Part shown: positions 9,868-19,439 of the stretch, piece by piece
Layout: the number at the start of each line of letters is the position of its first letter
Position numbering within the stretch: position 1 is the stretch's first letter
Assembly: GCA_965221695.1 (NCBI GenBank)
Contig: OZ244905.1
Span: 3,232,001 to 3,296,000 of the forward strand
Direction of reading: 5' to 3'
Length of the DNA: 64,000 bases
Origin: Gammaproteobacteria bacterium
GTDB taxonomy: Bacteria; Pseudomonadota; Gammaproteobacteria; Eutrophobiales; Eutrophobiaceae
Notes under the pieces: generated by a model
The model's database searches: none
The model's input: only the letters and a program-made list of their open reading frames with translations
What the model was told of the DNA's origin: nothing
Position numbers and translations under genes: made by a program

Positions 9868-11289
9868 CTATGATATAAGACGGGGGTGTTGCCAAGGCGC
9901 CAGCAACTCAGCGATGCCTGCTTTCTCAACCACGGCGCGGGATGCCTGGTTCATGTCTGCAATCAATTCTTCCTGGTCCAGTTTTGTGGAGCGCCCGTTT
10001 TCAACGATTAGGTCGCCATCCACCATTACATACCGTACATCAGCGCCGCGCGTGAAAAATATCAGGCTCGCGACAGGCCGCAGGCAGGGTTGGTGATGTA
10101 AGGCGCGGGTATCCACGATCGTCAGGTCAGCAAGCGCGCCTTCTCGCAACATTCCCAGGTTTTTATGCAGCATTTTCCCGCCAAGCCTGGTTGCCATGGT
10201 CAGTAACATTTCAGCAGTTGTCACTTCCGGATCAAGGCGCCCGACACGTTGTAACATCAACCCGGTCTTCATCGCTTCAAACATATGCTGTCCGGCTATT
10301 GCTGTGCCATCCGTGCCGAGCGTCACATTGGCGCCGGCCTTGAGCAAGTCTTCCAGTCTCACGATGCCCGACGCCAGGTATTGGTTGCTGATCGGGTTAT
10401 GGATTACGGTTGTTGCGGACTCACCCAGCATTCGGATTTCTTCATCATCCAACCAGATGCCATGCGCAAGTGTGGTGTGATCGCCCAGAATATTCTGCTT
10501 ATATAACCAGGCTGCGGGACGCATGCCGTAAAGCGACTCAAAAATTTCAACTTCAAATTTGGATTCACTGCAATGCACTTGCCACGACAGGTCAAAATCA
10601 CGGGCGAGTTCGCTACTGCCGATCAACAAATCAGGGTCAGCGTAGACTACGTTCTTTGGTCCGGGCCAGATATCCACAAGCCTGTTGCCGGCCATCGCGT
10701 GCATGCAGGCGCGTGTTATGTCCAGTTCCTGCTGCACGGTATAGTTGAACATGCGCGGGTCGCAATTCATCCGATGACCTCCCTCGGTCATCGGGCCAAA
10801 CATCCCGCGCGCCAGCATTGCCCTGATGCCTGCTTCCTGGTAGGCATCGGCAACGGCCAGAATACTGTCTTCATCGACCGGGGCATAGTGCTGGTCGACA
10901 ACAGTCGTTGTGCCTGACAGGGCGCTTAACAGCGCCGCAAACCGCACTGCGATCACCGCCTGTTCCCGTGTTACCTGGCTGGCCAGCGGCAACATGAACC
11001 GTTCCAACCAGGGCAACAGGCTCAGTCCATCCCCCAAGGTCTTGCCCAAACTCTGGAACAGGTGCGTATGCGCATCCACCAGTCCCGGTATCATTACCTG
11101 GCCGGAAAAATCAATAGTGCGTTTTGCTCTTTTAATCCTTGCTCGGACAATTGCTTCGCTGCCAATCGCCACAATCTTATTTGCCCGGACCGCCACCGCT
11201 CCGGCCCGGATGTACGGGGCTTCGGGGTCAACAGTGATGATGTCGCCACCGGTAAACAGCGCATCAACTACATCGGGCGCTGTGCTCAT
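9868..11289 (-). CDS. Amidohydrolase, MTA/SAH-deaminase (TRZ/ATZ)-like
   Basis: PGLVDAHTH, HCSE, AHGIW and GTDG metal motifs; TGATG overlap with the upstream MFS gene. Confidence 0.88.
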   Translation of the reverse strand: MSTAPDVVDALFTGGDIITVDPEAPYIRAGAVAVRANKIVAIGSEAIVRARIKRAKRTIDFSGQVMIPGLVDAHTHLFQSLGKTLGDGLSLLPWLERFMLPLASQVTREQAVIAVRFAALLSALSGTTTVVDQHYAPVDEDSILAVADAYQEAGIRAMLARGMFGPMTEGGHRMNCDPRMFNYTVQQELDITRACMHAMAGNRLVDIWPGPKNVVYADPDLLIGSSELARDFDLSWQVHCSESKFEVEIFESLYGMRPAAWLYKQNILGDHTTLAHGIWLDDEEIRMLGESATTVIHNPISNQYLASGIVRLEDLLKAGANVTLGTDGTAIAGQHMFEAMKTGLMLQRVGRLDPEVTTAEMLLTMATRLGGKMLHKNLGMLREGALADLTIVDTRALHHQPCLRPVASLIFFTRGADVRYVMVDGDLIVENGRSTKLDQEELIADMNQASRAVVEKAGIAELLAPWQHPRLIS

Positions 11290-12497
11290 CACGGTTGAGC
11301 AGGCGTATGCACTGACGTCTTTCTCACGTTTTCCGTGTGTTCTTCGGGCGCCAGTTTTATCGCCAGCGCCAACAAGACCAGAACGACAAAATAGCCGGCG
11401 GATGCTACCATCAACACAACATAATTGTTGCTCGCCTCCACGATTCGGCTGCTCACCCAGGGCGCGATTGACGTGCCGGTGGTAGCGCCCAGAAGCAATG
11501 CCGACACAAGCCTCGGTGGCGGCATCCGCAGCATCTGGGTTGCGAGTGAGAGCGTGATCTTAAGCAGTCCCAGATTGACAACCCCACATACGAAAGCGAA
11601 ATAAATCAGCCCATTAATCTCGCGATAACTCCACAATGGAACGGTCGCCAGAGCGCTGGCGAATGCGCCAATTAAAAGTGTCCACCGGACGCCTATCTTA
11701 AACACCCACCAGGCGCTGAATAATTGGGCAACAAACATGCCGGTCCAGAATCGGCTGACAATCAACCCGGCTTCACCAAGCGTAGCGCCCAAGCGGGTTT
11801 CCGCGTAATTCGGAAGCCAAAGAAACAGGGAATATTGCGCGAGCGTATAGATGAAAAGCGCGAAAATGCAGACCCATGCGCCAATCGGCCAAGGCTCGCG
11901 CGTACGCGTAGTCCGGTTTTGCAATCCTGCTCTGGTCTGATGGTCGGGAAATGTTGATAGCGTTGTCAACGCGATAATGATGCAGGCGATGACGCCAACA
12001 AACAGATAGGTTCCATACCATTGAATGTCACGGACCGCCAACTGCACTGCCAACCAGGATGTAACAATGCCGGCGATGCTGAAACAGCCGTCAGTAATGA
12101 TCAACATAGAGGCGCGGCGTTCCTGTACGTATAACTTTGATATGGTTATGGCCGCGCCGGAGAGGCCCGCGCCACAACAGGCGCCGACCATTCCCAATGC
12201 CAACCAGATGCCAGGCAAATCTGACTGGAGAGGCAATGAGATGAGGCTGAGCAGAATGAGGCCGTAGATGACGAGTAGGGCATATTTCAGGCTTGCCCAT
12301 TCATAGATAAACAATGCGGCCAGCGAGCCAACAAAAATACCGCCCGTGAACCAACTGAAATTGGCGGTAATCCTGGTAATAGGCTGATTGAAATACTCCG
12401 CCATCTGCCCTGTGATAATGCCAACAGGGTTCATCATGCCGGACATGACAAAATAGGCAAGAAAACAAACCGTTGTGGTTCGTTGTATGTTATTCAA
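11289..12497 (-). CDS. tsgA: MFS transporter, TsgA-like
   Basis: 12 TM helices; the N-terminus (FLAYFVMSGM..P.GII...MAEYFN) and RASMLIITDGCFS resemble TsgA. Confidence 0.7.
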   Translation of the reverse strand: MNNIQRTTTVCFLAYFVMSGMMNPVGIITGQMAEYFNQPITRITANFSWFTGGIFVGSLAALFIYEWASLKYALLVIYGLILLSLISLPLQSDLPGIWLALGMVGACCGAGLSGAAITISKLYVQERRASMLIITDGCFSIAGIVTSWLAVQLAVRDIQWYGTYLFVGVIACIIIALTTLSTFPDHQTRAGLQNRTTRTREPWPIGAWVCIFALFIYTLAQYSLFLWLPNYAETRLGATLGEAGLIVSRFWTGMFVAQLFSAWWVFKIGVRWTLLIGAFASALATVPLWSYREINGLIYFAFVCGVVNLGLLKITLSLATQMLRMPPPRLVSALLLGATTGTSIAPWVSSRIVEASNNYVVLMVASAGYFVVLVLLALAIKLAPEEHTENVRKTSVHTPAQP

Positions 12498-12518
12498 CGA
12501 GCAGATTCCTTGTTCCGT

Positions 12519-13292
12519 TCAGGCGCTCTTTGCCTGTTCCATTCTATAAATTGTCTCCAGCGCGATTTGGATCTCCATTTCCCAGGCGGCGGCGAGTTTC
12601 TTGTTTTCCGTTGTATAGATTACCTCACCCGTGTTCAGATTGCCTGATACACCACAAATGCAAGCGGCGCGCAGGCCACGCAGGTGGGCAACTGTAAACA
12701 TCGCCGATGCTTCCATTTCGACATTCTGCACACCCAGCTTAATAAGCTTGTTAATCCACTCTGATTCGCTGTAAAACGCATCGTCAGATGCGCTGATACC
12801 ACTATAGACCTGGTGGTCAGTGTCAGCCGTCAGCTCTTTTGCTACCTGGGTCAAGAGGTATGTCAACCCTATGTCCGGAACAGCAGGGAAACAATCCGGG
12901 ACATAAAATCCGGAAGTGCCTTCATTTTTCATGGCTCCGTTGCTGATCACGATATCGCCAATTTTAATATTCTCACGCAACGCTGCTGAGCTGCCGATAC
13001 GGATGAAGGTATTGGCCCCGATATTGGCCAGTTCTTCCACGGCAATGGCAGTGGAAGGACAACCCATGCCTGTAGAGCAAACACTCACTTTGATCCCCTT
13101 GTGCTCGCCGGTGAAGGTGCGATGTTCCCGATGGCTTGCTTTCAGTTCCGCATTGTCCAGATATTTCGCGACCCGGTCACTTCTTGCCGGGTCGCCAGGC
13201 AGCAAAACATACTCTCCGACATCGCCAGGCTCTAACGCAATATGATACTGGCGAACGCCTTTGGTGATTTCCCATTTGTTAAGCTCAGGCAT
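12519..13292 (-). CDS. udp: Nucleoside (uridine) phosphorylase
   Basis: QYHI, LLPGDPAR, HREH, STGMGCPS, IRIGSS and VEMEAS motifs (PNP_UDP_1 family). Confidence 0.85.
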   Translation of the reverse strand: MPELNKWEITKGVRQYHIALEPGDVGEYVLLPGDPARSDRVAKYLDNAELKASHREHRTFTGEHKGIKVSVCSTGMGCPSTAIAVEELANIGANTFIRIGSSAALRENIKIGDIVISNGAMKNEGTSGFYVPDCFPAVPDIGLTYLLTQVAKELTADTDHQVYSGISASDDAFYSESEWINKLIKLGVQNVEMEASAMFTVAHLRGLRAACICGVSGNLNTGEVIYTTENKKLAAAWEMEIQIALETIYRMEQAKSA

Positions 13293-13318
13293 AACTAACG
13301 TATTATTGTTGTCTACGG

Positions 13319-14910
13319 TCAAAATTCCAGGCTAACTTCGGTGCCGAAATAACTCGGATCGGTTACCGTCGCAGCAAGATTCAGGAACGCCAAACCATTA
13401 AAGACGGTTACCTCGTTGGTAATATTTCGGCCAACAAAAGCAATGTCAAGGCCGGTATTTGCATGACGATAGCCGGCGCGCACACCGCCAATCCAGCGGG
13501 ATTCGGAGACAAACTCGACGGATTCATACAAGAATATATTTGCCTTACTTTTATAATTCCAGTCTGTGTTGAAATATAGCTCGCCGCTTTCGAGTGGCGC
13601 GGTGTAATCCAGTATGACATTGAATATCCACTCTGGCGCGAGCGGCAAGGGGTTGCCATCAACAAACACGTTGGTCACCGGTCCAAATGGCCCCGGATCG
13701 ACCGAACGGATCGGGTCCAGCGCGGTGCATGCCGGTGTACTGCCGCACCTGGATTCAGACAGCGTCTTATCCCTGATTTCCGTATTATTGTAACTCAAGT
13801 TCGAACGCAGGTGTAGCGTGCTGGAGATGGCGAGTTCAAGATCGGTTTCAAAGCCATAGCCACGAGTATTATCAATGTTAATAAGCCGATTAGTATTATC
13901 CGTTTGGCCGACGGCTGTGATTTGCTGGTCGTTGATGTCATAAAGGTAGCCGTTGATATTCCAACGCGCCCTGCCGCATTAACACTACGCCCATTACGGG
14001 AGCCGTAGGATGCGCGCAAAAAACCCTCGCGTTCATAAGTCGGTTTAACCGTGTCAATCTTGACGATGCCGGCATTGGTGTTGCGTCCGAAAAGCGTTCC
14101 TTGCGGGCCATTTAGAATTTCGACTTGGGCGACATCAAAAACCGGGATGCTTCGTAACGTGGTGCTTTCGATAGACACATCGTCCAACACCAGTGAAACG
14201 GGCTGGCTGGCATTAATATCAAAATCAGTGTTGCCAAGACCCCGGATGTAAAACTGGGGCAGGAAACGACCTGAGTTGCCGTTGACATTCAGGCTGGGCG
14301 CTCTCGCAGCCAGCGCCTTGATGCTGACGCCGCCACTCAGAATAGCGTCAAAATCCGCAGCGGGGATGGCAGTCACGGCGGCAGGGATATCCTTCAATGT
14401 CTGCTCGCGTTTTTGCGCGGTCAATACAATTTCTTCCAGCACGAACTCGCTGGTAGCGGCTTCGTTGCCGGCATTCGAGTTGTTACTGTCTGCGGTCTGG
14501 GCAGCCACTGCGGTTACGGCTGCTGCGCCTGCAAACAGGGTCAGTACACGAGAAAACCAGGGTTTGCGTTTGTTTTTTGCCATTTGCTCTGTCCTCTTCA
14601 TGCTGTTAGCGCCTGGAGCGCCATTGGTGACAATCAATACACCTCTTTTATCCACCATACCCCGGAGGCCGGTGTCCATCAGTAGCAGTCTTAAGGCCTC
14701 ATCCAATGTGAAGTCTCCCATCACCGCGTTGGTGGCAATATGGCGTACCTCGTCGTAAGGAAATAACAACGGCGTTTTCGACTGTTGAGCCAGAAGATTT
14801 AACGTCGTTCCTGCTTCTCCGGCCGGGATATCAAATTGATATCTTATGGCTTCTGCATACAACCCTACAGATGTTGACATCAATATAAGCAACATGAAGA
14901 TGCGGGACAT
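13319..14910 (-). pseudogene. STN-domain TonB-dependent receptor broken by an out-of-frame internal deletion
   Basis: Signal peptide, STN (FDIPAG..LNLLAQQS), TonB box EEIVLTAQKRE and plug EILNGPQGTLFGRN lie in one frame down to ~13975. A second frame (13978-13319) reads GRARWNINGYLYDINDQQ...GTEVSLEF*. The middle of the barrel is missing. Confidence 0.88.
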
Positions 14911-14983
14911 GAGTCCCACCTTTAATTGCCCATGACATCCGGCTGCTCTGATTGTCTCCTTCGAGTCGGTCGCCTGATGAATT

Positions 14984-15009
14984 AAGACAGTTGCCCGATA
15001 AAAATCCGC
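14984..15009 (-). promoter_or_regulatory. Putative ECF-sigma promoter of the receptor operon (GCGGA-N11-CAACTGTCTT)
   Basis: Same motif and spacing as 16784-16809. Confidence 0.65.
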
Positions 15010-15163
15010 CATAAGCTTTCGGTCGCGAGCGCCCGCGTACTGACACACAAATCCGCCTGGAGCGGATTTGGACATCCGAAGAAAGCCCGAAGGGGGCGCC
15101 CCACGGATGGGGCGCATCAAAAAATCCTCAGCAATCATCGCATCAATTGGTGAGATTTCCGGG

Positions 15164-16189
15164 CTAGCCATTGTCAGGGTGAAGAAAAATCCTGTCTGCT
15201 TCAGCGTGTTCTACACGCACTCCGAAGCCTTTTTGCAACGCATTGAGCAAACTGTCTATCTCACCGATGCGAAAATATCCACCAATCCGAAGCTGTTTCA
15301 GGGACGGGTCAGAGATATGGATTTCAATCGGTGTATATCTGCTGACTTCTTTTATTACCGACTCCAGCGCGTCCCCTTCGAAAATTAACATACCATCTCG
15401 CCAGGCCAGACGTTGGATGATTGTCCGGGGTTCCAGGGTTTCTATCGAATGAAGCGCTTTGTCGAATGAGCCAGATTGGCCTGCAGTCAGCGTGGCAGGC
15501 TCCTTTTCCCGCGGTGATGCAACAGGCGAGGGATTGGTTTCGTCCTCCGTTGTGCCAGACAATCGCACTACGCCTTCACTCACAGTGATTTGTATGGCCG
15601 GCTCATCCAGGCGGACAGAAAACGCAGTGCCGATTGCTGTGATTGTTCCTTTTGGCGTTGCGACGACGAAAGGTCGTTGACTGTCCGCGTGCACGTCAAA
15701 AAATGCTTCTCCCTCGTACAAGTAAACTGTCCTTCCTGCCTCTTCATAATCCACTTTCAGCTTGCTGGCTGTATTCATTCTTATGTTGGAGCCATCAGAC
15801 AGGCGCAGCGCCTTTTGTTCTCCTATGCTGGTTTCGTGAAGCTGTGATGTCCGGATTTCCGGACGGGGATAAAAGTCTACGGCAACCAATAACAGCCCAA
15901 AAAACAAAACTGCCAGGCTCGCTGCTATCGATGCCGGCGCCCAATAGCGGGCGAATACTGATTTGCCGGGCGCGATGATGATCTCGCGATAGGCGGCGAG
16001 CACGTCCAGTTTGTCCCACAGATCAGCCATACGTTCCAGCTCCTCGGCGTGAATCGGGCTCTGTTCAATCCATGCCTTAAGCGCTTTCAAATCCTGGGTG
16101 GTCATCTTCCCCGAATCAAGCTTGGCTACCCATGTACTTGCCTGTTCTCGAATCTTTGAACGAATCGGCATATCAATTACCTGTGTCAT
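15164..16189 (-). CDS. fecR: FecR-family anti-sigma/transmembrane sensor
   Basis: EQASTWV...W..QSPIH, a TM helix, GEQKALRLSDGS..MNT, GEAFFDV, AIGTAF and AWRDGMLIF. Confidence 0.93.
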   Translation of the reverse strand: MTQVIDMPIRSKIREQASTWVAKLDSGKMTTQDLKALKAWIEQSPIHAEELERMADLWDKLDVLAAYREIIIAPGKSVFARYWAPASIAASLAVLFFGLLLVAVDFYPRPEIRTSQLHETSIGEQKALRLSDGSNIRMNTASKLKVDYEEAGRTVYLYEGEAFFDVHADSQRPFVVATPKGTITAIGTAFSVRLDEPAIQITVSEGVVRLSGTTEDETNPSPVASPREKEPATLTAGQSGSFDKALHSIETLEPRTIIQRLAWRDGMLIFEGDALESVIKEVSRYTPIEIHISDPSLKQLRIGGYFRIGEIDSLLNALQKGFGVRVEHAEADRIFLHPDNG

Positions 16190-16194
16190 GACTT

Positions 16195-16749
16195 TTATTC
16201 ATTACCTGTTTCTTGTTGAGATAGATGATCGTTTTCATCCACATAAAACTCCTTGCTTATCAGCAGTAAACCTTTGGCGATATGTTTTTCCACAGTGCTT
16301 TCGGCAATACCGAGCTGTGCGGCTATCTCCTTCTGCTTCAACCCATGGACTTTCTTCAAGATATACACTTCTCTGACACGAGGAGGCAAATTGGCAATGG
16401 CCAGTAACGCCAATTCCAGTTGCTGCTCGATGATTGCGCTGTGCTCAATGCCTTTTTCATTACCATCCGGAACCGGTAATTCTGTAATGTTCGCCAGATT
16501 GCCGGTACGCCGGTTACGCTTGCTTTCTAGCTGATTCAACGCCAGATTTTTCGCAGTCCGATACAGAAATGCCCGGGGCGACTTTATTGAGACAGAACGT
16601 TCAGCCTGGTAAGCCTTTAGAAAAGCCTCATGCAGCGTATCCTCTATATCTTCCGCAGAATCGAGGAAACGGCGCAGAAAACGGCCCAACGAAGACTTAT
16701 TCTTCAAGAAAGCGCTTGCAATGTCGTCGCGATTTTTTTCGTAATCCAT
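16195..16749 (-). CDS. ECF sigma factor, FecI-like
   Basis: EDTLHEAFLK, AFLYRTAKNLALN and KEIAAQLGIAESTVEKHIAK; directly upstream of fecR. Confidence 0.93.
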   Translation of the reverse strand: MDYEKNRDDIASAFLKNKSSLGRFLRRFLDSAEDIEDTLHEAFLKAYQAERSVSIKSPRAFLYRTAKNLALNQLESKRNRRTGNLANITELPVPDGNEKGIEHSAIIEQQLELALLAIANLPPRVREVYILKKVHGLKQKEIAAQLGIAESTVEKHIAKGLLLISKEFYVDENDHLSQQETGNE

Positions 16750-16783
16750 TTATTTCGGATTGATAATACTGCCGGTTGTAATC

Positions 16784-16809
16784 AAGACAGTTGAGTTGGA
16801 TATTTCCGC
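16784..16809 (-). promoter_or_regulatory. Putative autoregulatory ECF promoter (GCGGA-N11-CAACTGTCTT)
   Basis: Twin of the 14984-15009 motif, about 35 nt upstream of the sigma start codon. Confidence 0.65.
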
Positions 16810-16903
16810 TATAGGATAGTAAACCGATACTTGATTCGTAGTGTCTCTCCTATCTTCAATCTATAATCTGTATATACAGTATTAACGGAAAAGAGGCGCT
16901 TCT

Positions 16904-17158
16904 GTGGAAACGCAAGTTATTGTCCGGGTTGATTCCCAGCTTAAGAAGAAGGTTGACACTTCTGCCAGGGCAGAAGGTAAAACCGTGAGTTTTGTCGTCA
17001 GGGAACTGCTTGAGGGATATGTCAAAAGTCGGGATATGTCGTTGTATATTGGTGAACTCTGGGATCTTATCGGCAGTCGCATGAAAATGGCAGGGAGCAC
17101 ACAAAATGATGTTGAAAATGTTATCAGGGAAGCGAGGGAAAAAGCCTATCGAGGTTAG
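16904..17158 (+). CDS. Ribbon-helix-helix (CopG-like) protein, probable orphan antitoxin
   Basis: QVIVRVDSQLKKKV...A..EGKTVSFVVRELLE. TATAAT and a CTGTATATACAG palindrome lie upstream. Confidence 0.7.
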   Translation: METQVIVRVDSQLKKKVDTSARAEGKTVSFVVRELLEGYVKSRDMSLYIGELWDLIGSRMKMAGSTQNDVENVIREAREKAYRG

Positions 17159-17280
17159 ACAGAACGGCATTTAACGCAGGAAGAGTCCGCGCAGTTCAGT
17201 ATGCTGTCGGTGATAATTACGACTTCATTCAATCGATATAAATCAGCGCGGGCCTTATCACTGAGTCGGTAACATGCCAT
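17155..17280 (-). pseudogene. Truncated ParE toxin remnant
   Basis: ATG overlaps the 3' end of parD. MACYRLSDKARADLYRL resembles a ParE N-terminus, then the sequence is unrelated and stops after 41 codons. Confidence 0.65.
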
Positions 17281-17539
17281 CTTTCCTTAATTGCTCCAGC
17301 ACTTCCTTCCTGATATCTTCCGGCGTTTGTTGGCTCAATCCGCTTTTTTCTCCCTCAATCAGAGCAAGGCGGATTGCTTCGATTCCGGTATTGCGGTTTT
17401 GCCGCTCGCGAATGAGATCACTGATCACCTCGCTTTCCGAGCGGTATTGGCCACTGGCGACCTGGGCTTTTAGCCATTCATTATGGGTATCTGTAAAGGT
17501 AATACTCTTTCTGGGACTGGCGCTGTCATTGTGAGTCAA
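17258..17539 (-). CDS. parD: ParD-family (CC2985-like) RHH antitoxin
   Basis: SITFT...WLKAQVASGQYRSESEVISDLIR...IRLALIEGEKSG. Confidence 0.88.
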   Translation of the reverse strand: MTHNDSASPRKSITFTDTHNEWLKAQVASGQYRSESEVISDLIRERQNRNTGIEAIRLALIEGEKSGLSQQTPEDIRKEVLEQLRKDGMLPTQ

Positions 17540-17597
17540 TTAATGGTGCGACTATGCACCAGAATTGCATTTGTTGTAAACACATTACGTATAGCTC

Positions 17598-17731
17598 CAG
17601 TGGTAGAAGGGACAAACCTGACCAACGATTTCCACGCGATAAACGGTTTCCCGTCAGGTCTGGGCGGTCGCGGTTACTACATCAATACCCCGCGTACCGT
17701 GATAGGCAGGTTGAGCTATAACTTTTTCTGA
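17598..17731 (+). pseudogene. C-terminal relic of a TonB-dependent receptor
   Basis: VEGTNLTND...YYINTPRTVIGRLSYNFF* matches the last two barrel strands with terminal Phe. Confidence 0.6.
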
Positions 17732-17766
17732 TGCGGTAGAATTCTGTTTTTATAAAGGAAGTGATT

Positions 17767-19371
17767 CTATTTGCGAGGGTCAATCTCCTGCTTTTCCAGG
17801 AGCGTGATTAGTGGCTGGAGATGTTTCTCATATTTCTTCCATCTTCCGATGGAAGATTGATATATGGGTTGTCTTATCTGTACCGCGCTGGCGGTGCTGG
17901 ATGGCGCCGAACTTTTATGAAATTGCAGGCACGCGTCCTGCCAATTCAATCTGCAAAACTCTATGATGCCGTGACTGACTTCTTCCTGGCGCATCACTAA
18001 TTCTTCATACTGAATCTCCAGGATGCTTTCTCCAAGCGTTTTTTTCCAGTGTTCCATCAGCCTGTGCCATACCACGAAATACTTTGCCAGATCATTTAAA
18101 TCATAGGCGAATGGATAAGACGCGGTAAACATGGTCTTGTACATGGAAAAACATGAATCCATGGCGTTACGACTTAACGCGATGATTTTGGCATTCGGGA
18201 GCGCCGCATGTATCAGGCCGCAATACAGGTAATTTAACGGCATCTTATCGATAAACATCGGCGTATGCCCGGTTCGTGGTCGCGTTGCTTCGATATAGGA
18301 ATGCCCCAATGACTTCATGTCGATATCCAGACTGGCTTCAACCATTTCTGTCCTGGAAAGGCGTTGTCTGCCATTCATTCCAGCGATTGCTTTGATAAGC
18401 TGTGCCGCAAATTCAGTGAGTTCGCCGGCGGGATAGACGTCACTATGGTTTGCGATAATTCGTTCTACCAGTGTGGTGCCGCTGCGTGGAAGGCCGAGCA
18501 CGAAAATGGGTTCATCGGATTCATCCCCGCTCTTCAGATTCTGTAGAGCGTCGCGGGTATGAGTTGAGATGATCTTTTCCATGACTTCAATATCCTGGTC
18601 AACATCGTATTGCATATGCTGGTGTTTCAGCGCGCATGCCGAGTTGAAATATGCAAACGCGCCGTCATAGTCCTCTATGTCCTCCTTCTCTTTCCCAAGC
18701 GCAAACCGGATAAGCATTTCGTCCTGCCAATTGTCCAGGCCATCCTGCAGGAGTTGTTCCATCTCGTCTATATGATTCGATTCAAGGGTCCAATGTCCGA
18801 GATCAGAACGAATGTAATGTGCTTTGCAGTCCCTGGGATTTATACGGATTGTCTTTTCCAGATTTTGCCGGGCCTTACCCAGTTGTCCGGTCATACGCTG
18901 ACATGCGGCAAGATTATACAGGAACAATGGATTATCGGGGTCGGCGCTTACCGCTTTTTCAAAAAGCGGTAATGCTTTCAACTGCTCATCAGCAAAGGTG
19001 TAGATACTTCCCAATGAATCCAGAATTGCAGGATCAGCCGGACTGAGTCTCACTGCCTTATCAGCCGATGAGATAGCGCCGGATTTGTTGCCGGACGCGA
19101 TGTAGCAGCGCCCGAGCAGGGCCCAATAAAAGGGTTTGTCCGGTTCAAGCCTGACCGCCTGACTTGCGCATTCGACAGCGTTGTTAAGGGCGCCGCGACC
19201 AAGGTTGATCTCGCTCAGAAGATACCAGCCCCGCGGGTCGCGCCGGTACCGATTTATATGTTCGTTACAAAGCCCAATAGCATCTTGTGAACGTCCTGTA
19301 CGCCAGAGCCTGACCGCTTGTTCGTAAAGCCTGCTGCTTTCAGCAGCTTTTATGGGTTTATTCCGGAGCAA
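17767..19371 (-). CDS. TPR-containing sulfotransferase
   Basis: N-terminal TPR repeats; PIFVLGLPRSGTTLVE (PAPS loop), DKMPLN and TASAVQIRQPIY. Confidence 0.93.
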   Translation of the reverse strand: MLRNKPIKAAESSRLYEQAVRLWRTGRSQDAIGLCNEHINRYRRDPRGWYLLSEINLGRGALNNAVECASQAVRLEPDKPFYWALLGRCYIASGNKSGAISSADKAVRLSPADPAILDSLGSIYTFADEQLKALPLFEKAVSADPDNPLFLYNLAACQRMTGQLGKARQNLEKTIRINPRDCKAHYIRSDLGHWTLESNHIDEMEQLLQDGLDNWQDEMLIRFALGKEKEDIEDYDGAFAYFNSACALKHQHMQYDVDQDIEVMEKIISTHTRDALQNLKSGDESDEPIFVLGLPRSGTTLVERIIANHSDVYPAGELTEFAAQLIKAIAGMNGRQRLSRTEMVEASLDIDMKSLGHSYIEATRPRTGHTPMFIDKMPLNYLYCGLIHAALPNAKIIALSRNAMDSCFSMYKTMFTASYPFAYDLNDLAKYFVVWHRLMEHWKKTLGESILEIQYEELVMRQEEVSHGIIEFCRLNWQDACLQFHKSSAPSSTASAVQIRQPIYQSSIGRWKKYEKHLQPLITLLEKQEIDPRK

Positions 19372-19439
19372 ATTTTACTATGCCGTTGTTCAGATTAGAC
19401 CAGTTTCATGAATTAATTGCCGTCGTGACAGATGGTGTA

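Noticed and set aside
13795-13980. Programmed frameshift in the receptor
   Set aside because: No slippery site at the junction, and even if rejoined the barrel lacks several hundred residues.
14911-15171. Long N-terminal extensions of track ORFs (also 26480-27754, 37035-38618, 52277-53524)
   Set aside because: Better starts with RBS or signal peptides lie downstream; the extensions overlap neighbours, promoters or the MITE.
16868-16879. CTGTATATACAG as a LexA box
   Set aside because: The spacer is 4 nt, whereas the gammaproteobacterial SOS box is CTGT-N8-ACAG.
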